Origin: Desulfobacterales bacterium
Lineage (GTDB): Bacteria > Desulfobacterota > Desulfobacteria > Desulfobacterales > 4572-123
Direction of reading: 5' to 3'
Length of the DNA: 64,000 nt
Assembly (NCBI GenBank): GCA_029939715.1
Contig: JAOZSJ010000003.1
Span: forward strand, 1,880-65,879
Shown here: positions 50,782 to 58,591 of the stretch, one piece after another
Layout: the number at the start of each line of letters is the position of its first letter
Numbering within the stretch: position 1 is the stretch's first letter
The notes under the pieces: generated by a model
Database searches by the model: none
What the model saw: the letters and a program-made list of their open reading frames with translations, nothing else
Told to the model about the DNA's origin: nothing
Translations under genes and position numbers: made by a program

Positions 50782-51019
50782 AAGCAAATGACAACTGAGC
50801 AACCTGCCATTTTAGAAAGTGACAAACGGGCAGGCCTGAGTTAGAGTAATATCCGGATAATATAAGCTATTTGGAAACCCGGCTGGCAACATAGTGTTTA
50901 ATAATGCACCATAACGAACGTCTCTGCTGCAACTTTAAATAAAATATTATCTGCTGAATATACATTATTTTATTATTAAATCAACAATAATCAGCAAAAT
51001 TGTTCCGGTAATGATTCAA

Positions 51020-51693
51020 TCACAGCTCCCTAATAAGAGATCTGGCCGTCTTCCAGAGCCCTCTCCTTTCTTCAATTAACTCGCGCAGTAATCGCACCCT
51101 GTTTTCAGTTGACCCGCCATATTCATCCGTCCGATTGTTGGTTTTAGAAGATAAAAAAGGTGAAATCAAATAGTTGTGGGTTGCATACACATAAATGATA
51201 TCAAAGCCGGCGGTTTTGGCGCGCCTGGCAGCAGCCACATGCCATCTCCGAATTTTTTCTAATCGGATTTCCCCATAATACTGCTTTGAACCGGGTCATT
51301 GAATACGGCCGGTCTGCTGTATGCTGCCAACGGGGCCTCACGCGAATATAAATTCGCAACCTGATGCCCGCCATGCCATGGTTCAACGCCTGCCAGTGAT
51401 CCATGTTCATGCACCTTTTCAACCATTAAGGCGTTTGCTTTAATGTCTTCTTCATCCCAGAGACAGGCATGCGGATACGGTATATCTTCTGAAGTAGGAT
51501 GGATAGAACAGTATTCCGTATTAACGACACCCCAGCCCCCTTCCGCCTTCATTCCCCGCATCGCAGCGAGTGTATTGGGCATTCTGTAACCCATGCCGGT
51601 GGCATGAGGCACCTGATAAAATCTGTTTTTTGCTGTGACCGGACCTATTTTTACCGGTTCAAATAATATATCAAAGTAGGGACTGCGAGTCAT
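51020..51693 (-). pseudogene. Frameshifted and 3'-truncated Old-Yellow-Enzyme-family flavoprotein gene, closest in my recollection to the N-terminal domain of trimethylamine/dimethylamine dehydrogenase
   Basis: ATG at 51693 with an AAGGGAG RBS 5 nt upstream. [36 protein letters not shown]...AEGGWGVVNTEYCSIHP parallels the TMADH N-terminus ([23 protein letters not shown]...KAEGGWAALNTEYCSI). That frame stops at 51259-51261 (..MGKSD*). The homology then continues in another frame (LEKIRRWHVAAARRAKTAGFDIIYVYATHNYL...NNRTDEYGGSTENR) and ends at 51020, around residue 225 of an expected >600 aa. Confidence 0.75.
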
Positions 51694-51776
51694 GAAAACT
51701 CCCTTGTATTTATTAATGTTATGTACTTTCACCTGTTTTGATATCTTTGACAAATGTGGCGGAACCATCGACATTA

Positions 51777-53207
51777 TCAATCGGAAAGCACAAGTTTATC
51801 GTATTTTTCCAGTATTGTTTTTCCCTGTTTCAAAATTTCCGAATCCAGAGCAGGCACAACATGATTTTCAATTAGGTCTTTGGCTACTGCTCTCGCTTCC
51901 GGGACCATATTGTTGGACAGAGTTGTTTGCATAGCCAGTTTCTTTTTATCCCACAGGGTGAGTTCTTTCTTGAAATTGGCAAAAGTATGTTCGTGCTGTA
52001 GAAAATCTTTACCGGGGCCCACCTCTTTAACAATATCCAAAGCTACTTTTTCTTCTGTGATTTCTTGATTTTTGAGAAAAGATTGATAGCAGTCCCATAA
52101 GTATGCATCAATCACCAGTTGTTCATAAGAGTTAGTTAACGCATTATTGGTAGATCCCAGTCCAGTGACTAAATCCGTCCCCATAACAGAAAGCGTTGTA
52201 GTAGCGGTTTCGCAGTAAGATTTGGACATACCGATAGCTCCGTCACTTCCTCCAAAGCACCCTGTTTCACAGGGCAGCCGATATCTTCCGGCCATTTGCG
52301 CTGCGGAATTGGAAATAAAAGGGAGTTCCGGCGCACGGTAGTTAACGCCGGCTGTTGTCATTTCCATGGGTGTGGACTCGACGGTATATATGTGAGGTGC
52401 CCCGGGCGATGCGGTTTGAGTTATTACCAGACTGGCCAGGTTTTCGGTATTATTGTTGGATATCATCCCCGCTACTGTGATCGGTGCTGAGATCCCCCCC
52501 ATTGACATGGACATGGAGCTGATTGGAACACCTGCTTTGGCGAATTCAACTTGCGCTTCCACGGCACCTTTTTCAAAGGTGAGAGGTGCTACAGGGCACA
52601 CGACGACAGATAAAATCGGCTTTTTTTTCAGATTCTCTTTACCACCTGCCACCAGAGCAGCTAATTCGATCTGCATTAATGCATCTTCAGCACTCTGTGC
52701 AGTAACGCTGGTTACATGTTTCGTCGTATTCTGCAATGTGATCCAGGCTTCATGGGCGCCGTGAGTCATGGTTGGAACATCGGAAAGAGTGATGGATGTC
52801 CAAACGTACCCAACACTTTCCAAAGCATCCGCCAGCCTGATAAATTTGGTCAGGTCCTCTTTTGTGGCGTTCCGTTCTTCTCCGGTTTCCAGATCAGAAA
52901 TAAAAACAGCCAATCCGCTGGTTGAGCATTTTGGCGGACCATTGACAGGAAGCGCAATATCATGTCTGGAATCCCGCCCGTAAAGAGTGAATTGACTGGG
53001 CGCGGATTGAAGCGCTTTGTTCACCAATATTTCCGGTATTTTAGCCACCATGCTGTCATAATCCACAACAGCACCCTGTTCTTCCAGCATTTTCAGCACT
53101 TTTTCACTGTGGATGCAGACACCAATCTCATTTAAACATTTAATACTCATCTCATGGATTAAATCTTCTTCTTTTTGATCCATGGTAACCATCTTTGCTT
53201 TGGCCAT
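51777..53207 (-). CDS. MttB-superfamily (trimethylamine methyltransferase family) protein, non-pyrrolysine type; probable quaternary-amine:corrinoid methyltransferase
   Basis: Track ORF of 476 aa with no internal amber codon and an AAAGAGG RBS 6 nt upstream of the ATG. Length and sequence character match MttB-family members. It is a paralogue of the ORF at 54585-56018. Confidence 0.75.
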   Translation of the reverse strand: MAKAKMVTMDQKEEDLIHEMSIKCLNEIGVCIHSEKVLKMLEEQGAVVDYDSMVAKIPEILVNKALQSAPSQFTLYGRDSRHDIALPVNGPPKCSTSGLAVFISDLETGEERNATKEDLTKFIRLADALESVGYVWTSITLSDVPTMTHGAHEAWITLQNTTKHVTSVTAQSAEDALMQIELAALVAGGKENLKKKPILSVVVCPVAPLTFEKGAVEAQVEFAKAGVPISSMSMSMGGISAPITVAGMISNNNTENLASLVITQTASPGAPHIYTVESTPMEMTTAGVNYRAPELPFISNSAAQMAGRYRLPCETGCFGGSDGAIGMSKSYCETATTTLSVMGTDLVTGLGSTNNALTNSYEQLVIDAYLWDCYQSFLKNQEITEEKVALDIVKEVGPGKDFLQHEHTFANFKKELTLWDKKKLAMQTTLSNNMVPEARAVAKDLIENHVVPALDSEILKQGKTILEKYDKLVLSD

Positions 53208-53332
53208 AATTACCTCTTTAAAAATGCTAATATTGTAGTGTGACTAAATTTAAGGAATGTTTCCTGCCTGGTTTGAAATTCATAACCTGATGTTTTTTGA
53301 TAAAAAGCACTTACATATCCTTCTTTATTCTT

Positions 53333-54469
53333 TCAGGACCGCTGCATTCTGCAAAGGACACCTCGTTCGGCCAGATATCTCGCGACGCTTTCCCGGCATC
53401 CGTTAACACGCCCTACCAATTCGGGAGCACTTATCCCTGTTTGTGAATAACCGCCGTCAAGCACCAACCGGGTGACCGCTGCACAGGTGTACCCGGTCGT
53501 CCTGGCCATGGAAGGGGTTCCTGTTGCGGCATCGTATTCATCGTACATGTCGTAGGTGTAGGTCACGGGTTTTCCATCTTCCACGCCGGAGATGATAAGT
53601 CTCATGACAGTAAGATCAGCCTCGCCTGGTTCGTATTTCCAAATCGGGGTAAAAAGCTTCGCTGTCACATCGATGGGCCGCACCGAAGCGCCCTTCACCT
53701 GGATGGGGGCCTGGCTGAAAAATCCGGCATCATTGAAGATGCGCATCTGGTCTATATGCTCGGGATAGCGCAGCGTCTTCTCGAACATGACGGGGATGTC
53801 GGAGACAGAGGTATGGATCAGGGTTCTGAGTCCATCGGAGTTGAGGCATGCCATGGTGCCGACCTTAGGGAGATCAATGGTCATGGTTTCGGAGAGCGCC
53901 GGCCTTTCGACCACCTTGCCATCTTCAACCATTCTGCCAGGGCCTGAGTATTCCTCAAAAACCTCAAGGACGGGAAAGTCCGTCTTGTACCCTAAAGGCG
54001 CGTTCCTCGATTTTGGAAAGCCACCGACGTAGCACTCATAGCGGGCAACCTCCATCTTCCGCATATGATCGCCGAGAATGATGTTGGACATACCTGGTGC
54101 CACGCCGCAGTCCACCACCGCGGTGACTCCCTTTTCCCTTGCCAGGTCGTCCAGTCCGAAGGGATCCTCTAAAAAGTACGAGATGTCCACGATGTTCTTG
54201 CCTGCGCGAATGACAGCTTCAAGCATTGCGTATCCCAGGGGGCCGGGCACTGAACCGATGACAATGTCCGCATCCTCAACGGCCCGCGTGACGCCTTCCA
54301 CCGTGGAGAGATCCTCTACCCGGATCTGAACGGGATGTTTTTTGGCCAGGTGCTCCAGAGCATCCTGGTTGATGTCTACCGAGATAATCTCACAGGCGGG
54401 GTCCTTGCACAGATCGATGGCAATGTGTCTTCCCACTGGTCCACAGCCAAGGATTACCATTCTGTTCAT
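53333..54469 (-). CDS. Saccharopine dehydrogenase family NAD(P)-binding oxidoreductase
   Basis: Track ORF of 378 aa. It has an N-terminal Rossmann motif (VILGCGPVGRHIA) and then the layout typical of the saccharopine/carboxynorspermidine dehydrogenase family. A GGAG RBS lies upstream. Confidence 0.65.
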   Translation of the reverse strand: MNRMVILGCGPVGRHIAIDLCKDPACEIISVDINQDALEHLAKKHPVQIRVEDLSTVEGVTRAVEDADIVIGSVPGPLGYAMLEAVIRAGKNIVDISYFLEDPFGLDDLAREKGVTAVVDCGVAPGMSNIILGDHMRKMEVARYECYVGGFPKSRNAPLGYKTDFPVLEVFEEYSGPGRMVEDGKVVERPALSETMTIDLPKVGTMACLNSDGLRTLIHTSVSDIPVMFEKTLRYPEHIDQMRIFNDAGFFSQAPIQVKGASVRPIDVTAKLFTPIWKYEPGEADLTVMRLIISGVEDGKPVTYTYDMYDEYDAATGTPSMARTTGYTCAAVTRLVLDGGYSQTGISAPELVGRVNGCRESVARYLAERGVLCRMQRS

Positions 54470-54504
54470 ATTTTTCTCCTTTTCCTTTAAAGATAAGCTT
54501 TTGG

Positions 54505-54580
54505 CTTTTAGCAGTTAGCCATTAGCTAAATGAATCCTTTGTCATTTCGAGCTTGAAAGCCAATAGCTAACAGCTAAAAG
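54505..54580 (-). repeat. Imperfect 23-bp inverted repeat (CTTTTAGCAGTTAGCCATTAGCT ... AGCCAATAGCTAACAGCTAAAAG) forming a long stem-loop 5 nt after the stop of the MttB gene at 54585
   Basis: The arms lie at 54505-54527 and 54558-54580 and pair at 20 of 23 positions by my alignment. No U tract follows on the minus-strand RNA. Confidence 0.55.
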
Positions 54581-54584
54581 TTAA

Positions 54585-56018
54585 TTACGCCATTGCTGAA
54601 GCACGCTTGCAGATTTTATCCAGTTCTTGTTCAACATCATCATCAAGGGGCAGTGGCTCATGATTTTTTAATATTTGATTCACTTTTTCATGTGCTTCTT
54701 CCAGAACATCTTTTTTCCCCTTCTCTTTCCAGCGATCATATGTTTCATGGGAACCCAAATCTGAAATATACCAGTCATCACTGCGGACGGCTTTGACTGT
54801 GGATTCTTCAAGCAGGTAAGTGCCGCCCGGACCTGTTTTTTTAATAAGATCGGTTAACCACATTTCGTCATTGGTATTGACACCGCGCTGGGCATGTCTG
54901 CCCAAACGGAAAATCTCTGTATCAATTACAAGTTTTTCCAGGCTGGAGACCATTGAACCATCCAGCATTCCAGGGCCGACGATAATATCCGGGCAGGAAA
55001 GGATGGTTGGAAGATTCATGGCAGCATTCTCATAAGCCTCCTGGATATTTACAACATGGGCATCTGATCCGCCGGGTGATGACTCTGAGGGTATCCCATA
55101 ATAGCCGGCCATTTCAGTGGCAGCAGAATCCATAATGGAAAATTCCATACTGGCATAACCGGGTGTTGCCGTTCTGGGATTCATGACGGCCAGGGCCGGT
55201 GCATAAATAATGGGAAGCCCCGGTTCATTTGCCTCGAGCAGGCAGATCATGGAAAGTACCTCGCAATTTCCCTGGATGATCGTTGAAATCATATTTCCAG
55301 GAGCACTGGAGCCCATCAGGGGCATCGGCATGATACCAACCGGTATGTTCCAGCCTTTCGTGGCCAGATAAGCATCGGTAAAGGTTTTATCGATTGAAAG
55401 TGGAGACTGGGGGCAAAGCAGCCAGGAAACCGGGTGATTTTTTCTTATTTCTTCTCTGGACCCGAAAATTGTTTGCAGAATTTCAAGATACCAGGGTGCT
55501 TCATCAACCTTATCGATGCCTTCCTGGATATGTTTGGAAAAATTTCTGAAAACCCGGCACAGATAATCAACTGTGCCGCCAATATCACCAACCCTGTCAC
55601 CGGGCTCTACCTGGCACCAGAAAACACCGATTTCGTCCAGGGCATCTGACAATCTTGTTACGTTTTCCCAATCAGCGTAAGTTGCCGGGCGCCGTTCACA
55701 AGTTTTATAATCTAAAACCATTGTCCCGTTGCCATCCAGGCAAAGCGTGCTGTTTCCTTTGTTCATGATCAAGTCGTGACCAGGCCTTCGTGCACTTAAG
55801 GTAAATTCCCTGGTGATTTGTTTAAGGGATGTTTCAACGAGTGTTTTGGGAAACTTAACAATTTTATTGTTTTCATCTACCACGGCGCCGGCATCTTTCA
55901 ATATCCGCCGGCCCAGGTCTGTTTCAATACGAACACCTGTTGTTTTAAGAATGTCCAATGATTCTTCGTGGACACGATGTCGTTCATCTTCCGAGAGTAC
56001 TTGAAAAAATGATTTCAT
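54585..56018 (-). CDS. MttB-superfamily protein, non-pyrrolysine type (second paralogue)
   Basis: Track ORF of 477 aa, uninterrupted. The N-terminus (LSEDERHRVHEESLDILKTTGVRI) is typical of the family. Confidence 0.75.
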   Translation of the reverse strand: MKSFFQVLSEDERHRVHEESLDILKTTGVRIETDLGRRILKDAGAVVDENNKIVKFPKTLVETSLKQITREFTLSARRPGHDLIMNKGNSTLCLDGNGTMVLDYKTCERRPATYADWENVTRLSDALDEIGVFWCQVEPGDRVGDIGGTVDYLCRVFRNFSKHIQEGIDKVDEAPWYLEILQTIFGSREEIRKNHPVSWLLCPQSPLSIDKTFTDAYLATKGWNIPVGIMPMPLMGSSAPGNMISTIIQGNCEVLSMICLLEANEPGLPIIYAPALAVMNPRTATPGYASMEFSIMDSAATEMAGYYGIPSESSPGGSDAHVVNIQEAYENAAMNLPTILSCPDIIVGPGMLDGSMVSSLEKLVIDTEIFRLGRHAQRGVNTNDEMWLTDLIKKTGPGGTYLLEESTVKAVRSDDWYISDLGSHETYDRWKEKGKKDVLEEAHEKVNQILKNHEPLPLDDDVEQELDKICKRASAMA

Positions 56019-56054
56019 AAATATTCCCCAATAATAGATACAATTTTTTCTTGA

Positions 56055-57422
56055 TTATAAATGTCCTGCGTTCTTGACAACATTCACCATGTACCATTTT
56101 TTCAAAATGCTAAAAGATGCCCGCAAAAACTTCGGCCCGGCATAGGGAATAGGCCGGTTAATGATAAAGTGCTCGGTAAATTCATTTTTTTCACCGGTCA
56201 TCAATTCCGCTATCATTTTGCCGCCGGTCTGTGTGGAAGGAACCCCCTCGCCGTATCCCACACCATAATAGATATTATGATGATCGCCCATAACGCCGAC
56301 CGACGGTTGACGATCCAGACTACCGGCGGTCGGACCGCCCCAGGCATGATCAATCTTAATTCCGGCAAGTGAAGGAAAGGTTTCAACCAGATCTTTGAGA
56401 ATCAATTGTGAAACAGATTTATTATTTCCAGGAGCAATGCGATCATTATCATAGTATATGGCATCCGACCCGCCGATAATGATCCGTCCGTCGGCACTGG
56501 GGATCATATAATTAAACAGCTCCCTGTAATCTGAAATGCCCTGCCGGTTTTGCCAGCCGATAGCCTGCCATTGCTGATCACTTAAAGGTTCAGTGGCAAT
56601 CACATAGGTATACAGGGGAAATACCCGGTTTTGAAAAAATCCTAATTTATGGGAATAGGCGTTGGTGGCAATCACAAGGACAGGTGCTTTTACATCTCCC
56701 AGTTCCGTATCCACATGATTGACTTTACCGGGGATCACACGGGTTACAAGGGATCGCTCCCTGATTTCAACCCCCATATCTTCAACAATTTTTTTCATCC
56801 CCCGTGCCAGTTTCGCCGGATTAAGGGTCGCGCCATGGTCCATTTTGAGGGCCGCAATATATCTTGGGGATTTAATTTCCTTTTCAAGATCTTTTCCATG
56901 GAGCATTTCAACATTAAGTCCCCAATCCTTGAAAATTCTGTAATCCCTTTCCATGACTTTGACCTGCCCTTTATTCATGGCAGTGTCCAGCATTCCCATT
57001 TCATCGAAATCACAATCCAGGCCATAAACACTGATAAATTCTTTAATTTGATCAAGGCCCTGCAGGCTGACTTTCAGGTTTCTTTTACGGGCATGCGTAT
57101 CCTTACAATTCACATCTATCAACGAGGTTGCAACACAAAAACCGCCGTTTCTGCCGCTGGCGCCATAACCGCAGCAGGCACCTTCCAGTATCATGATTTT
57201 TTTATCGGCAAATTTTTTATGGATATTATAAGCTGCTGAAAGTCCGGTATAGCCACCGCCGATAATCACGATATCCGCTTGATGGCTGCCGCGCAGGGGT
57301 TGGTTAATAATTTCATTTTCCAGGCCGGCAGCTTTAAACCAGAAGTTGTCCAGAAAATATTCATAAATACTGGGGGGTTCTAATCCCAGCCGCCTGTTGT
57401 AAATTGAAGAAAAATGTTTCAT
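56055..57422 (-). CDS. FAD-dependent oxidoreductase, DAO family, PuuB/OrdL-like (gamma-glutamylputrescine-oxidase-like)
   Basis: Track ORF of 455 aa. It carries a dinucleotide motif (IVIIGGGYTGLSAAY) followed by GASGRNGG, and a C-terminal NIYYGVGYGEGV that resembles the PuuB layout. Confidence 0.7.
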   Translation of the reverse strand: MKHFSSIYNRRLGLEPPSIYEYFLDNFWFKAAGLENEIINQPLRGSHQADIVIIGGGYTGLSAAYNIHKKFADKKIMILEGACCGYGASGRNGGFCVATSLIDVNCKDTHARKRNLKVSLQGLDQIKEFISVYGLDCDFDEMGMLDTAMNKGQVKVMERDYRIFKDWGLNVEMLHGKDLEKEIKSPRYIAALKMDHGATLNPAKLARGMKKIVEDMGVEIRERSLVTRVIPGKVNHVDTELGDVKAPVLVIATNAYSHKLGFFQNRVFPLYTYVIATEPLSDQQWQAIGWQNRQGISDYRELFNYMIPSADGRIIIGGSDAIYYDNDRIAPGNNKSVSQLILKDLVETFPSLAGIKIDHAWGGPTAGSLDRQPSVGVMGDHHNIYYGVGYGEGVPSTQTGGKMIAELMTGEKNEFTEHFIINRPIPYAGPKFLRASFSILKKWYMVNVVKNAGHL

Positions 57423-57446
57423 ATAAAAATTCCCCCGGTATTCCAG

Positions 57447-58574
57447 TCACGCCCCCAGCACGTTATTGTATTTCCAATCCCAGTACGCCGTGATTTTGGA
57501 ACCGGCCTCAATGGATGAATTATAATGGATGGCGCGATTTAAATGGACGGTCAAATCATCACTACTGTCATTGAGCTCAATGGTGAGTTCACTGAATTCG
57601 CCCTGGTAGAATGTTTCTTTCACTTTCCCCTGGAATACGGTGTACTGATCCCGGGAAAGTTTTTGATTGTCGGGCGGGTCCCGGGAAATGGAAATCAGCT
57701 CGGGATGAATCGAAAATCCGGTTATATTTTTTTGGGCAATCCCGTTTTTTTTCGGTACAAAAATTTTTTGCCCGCTGTCTGTTTTTAATTCAAGCCGGTC
57801 ATTTTCTCCGGCTTCCACCCTGCCTTTGAAAATATTGGTTGCACCGATGAAAGAAGCGACAAACTGTGATTTCGGTGTTTCATAAATGTCCCGGGGACTG
57901 CCCATCTGGATCACGGCACCATTTTTCATAACGGCAATTTTGTCGGACATGCTCAACGCCTCTTTCTGATCATGGGTCACGTTCAAAAAGGTAATCCCCA
58001 CTTCTCTCTGGATTCTCTTTAATTCGGTCTGCATCTCTTTTCTCAGCTTGCGGTCAAGTGCTGCCAGGGGTTCATCAAGCAAAAGAATTTTGGGTTTGAG
58101 CACCAGGGATCGGCTCAGGGCAACCCGCTGCTGCTGGCCTCCGCTGAGCTGGGCAGGAAGCCTTTTTCCCATTCCGGTCAGGTTGACGAAGTCTATGGCT
58201 TCATTCACCAGTTTTTGAATCTGGTTTTTGGGCAGCCGTCTTTCCGTCAATCCAAAGGCAATGTTGTCAAACACCGTCATATGGGGGAAAAGCGCATGCT
58301 GTTGAAACACAATATTGCACTCTCTTTTATCGGGGGGAAGGTGGTTGACTTTTTTTCCTCCTAAAATAATGTCTCCCAGGTTGGGGCGCTCAAAGCCGGC
58401 AACTATGCGCAACAGCGTAGTTTTACCGCAGCCGCTCGGCCCCAGCAGAGAAAAAATCTCTCCCTTTGGAATCTCAATACTCACAGCATCAACGGCGAGC
58501 AGATCGCCAAACCGTTTGGTTACATTCTTTATTTCGAGAACCGGTTTTGCCTTGTCATTTTCTATTGATGTCAT
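57447..58574 (-). CDS. ABC transporter ATP-binding protein, PotA-like (polyamine-type importer)
   Basis: Walker A GPSGCGKTT, signature LSGGQQQRVALSRSL, Walker B LLLDEPL, and a C-terminal TOBE-like extension. 375 aa. Confidence 0.85.
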   Translation of the reverse strand: MTSIENDKAKPVLEIKNVTKRFGDLLAVDAVSIEIPKGEIFSLLGPSGCGKTTLLRIVAGFERPNLGDIILGGKKVNHLPPDKRECNIVFQQHALFPHMTVFDNIAFGLTERRLPKNQIQKLVNEAIDFVNLTGMGKRLPAQLSGGQQQRVALSRSLVLKPKILLLDEPLAALDRKLRKEMQTELKRIQREVGITFLNVTHDQKEALSMSDKIAVMKNGAVIQMGSPRDIYETPKSQFVASFIGATNIFKGRVEAGENDRLELKTDSGQKIFVPKKNGIAQKNITGFSIHPELISISRDPPDNQKLSRDQYTVFQGKVKETFYQGEFSELTIELNDSSDDLTVHLNRAIHYNSSIEAGSKITAYWDWKYNNVLGA

Positions 58575-58591
58575 ATTAAATTTTTCCTGTC

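Noticed and set aside
705-50381. 34 short minus-strand ORFs (60-130 aa) listed in the track inside the giant-gene span.
   Set aside because: All lie in a single alternative frame (end coordinate = 2 mod 3) overlapping the giant ORF, and their translations look random. They are useful only as evidence that the third minus frame is never closed.
32-50647. More than a hundred plus-strand ORFs in the track across the giant-gene span, some long (1642-2907, 421 aa; 26747-27874, 375 aa; 23347-24459, 370 aa; 15499-16581, 360 aa).
   Set aside because: They are antisense to the continuous minus-strand ORF. Their translations are low-complexity Ser/Pro/Thr/Arg-rich, and they lack RBS-like sequences where I looked. 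Their recurring motifs (CSKxKLPxxVCPR, GPxPMK, STLRYGPAG) are simply the reverse-complement readings of conserved sense motifs (GQxLxGDFxFEQ, F(M/I)GxGP, PAGPYxxVE). The sense codon bias suppresses stops on the opposite strand.
1-50781. Whether the 50.8 kb is several adjacent adhesin genes rather than one.
   Set aside because: I found no in-frame stop at any of the domain-family transitions I checked (~1.6, 10.3, 17.4, 26.05, 29.8, 30.85 and 49.0-49.6 kb). No ORF in that frame appears in the track, which would be expected if the frame were subdivided. I did not check every codon, so a formal translation is still needed.
50799-50809. TGGCAGGTTGC just upstream of the giant gene's ATG, resembling a sigma-54 -24/-12 element.
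   Set aside because: The GC of the -12 element is not at the required 10-nt spacing from the GG. The site also sits only ~20 nt from the start codon.
50788-50844. 18-codon plus-strand ORF (MTTEQPAILESDKRAGLS) diverging from the giant gene start.
   Set aside because: It has no RBS, is very short and lies in a region that must hold the giant gene's 5' UTR. I have no supporting evidence.
51201-51934. Track ORFs 51201-51422 (minus, 73 aa) and 51692-51934 (plus, 80 aa).
   Set aside because: The first is the third frame across the pseudogene frameshift region. The second is antisense to the MttB 3' end and the pseudogene start. Neither has family resemblance.
51777-56018. Possible pyrrolysine (in-frame UAG) in the two MttB-family genes.
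   Set aside because: Both ORFs are full length (476 and 477 aa) with no internal amber codon, and no pyl genes are visible. They are non-Pyl family members.
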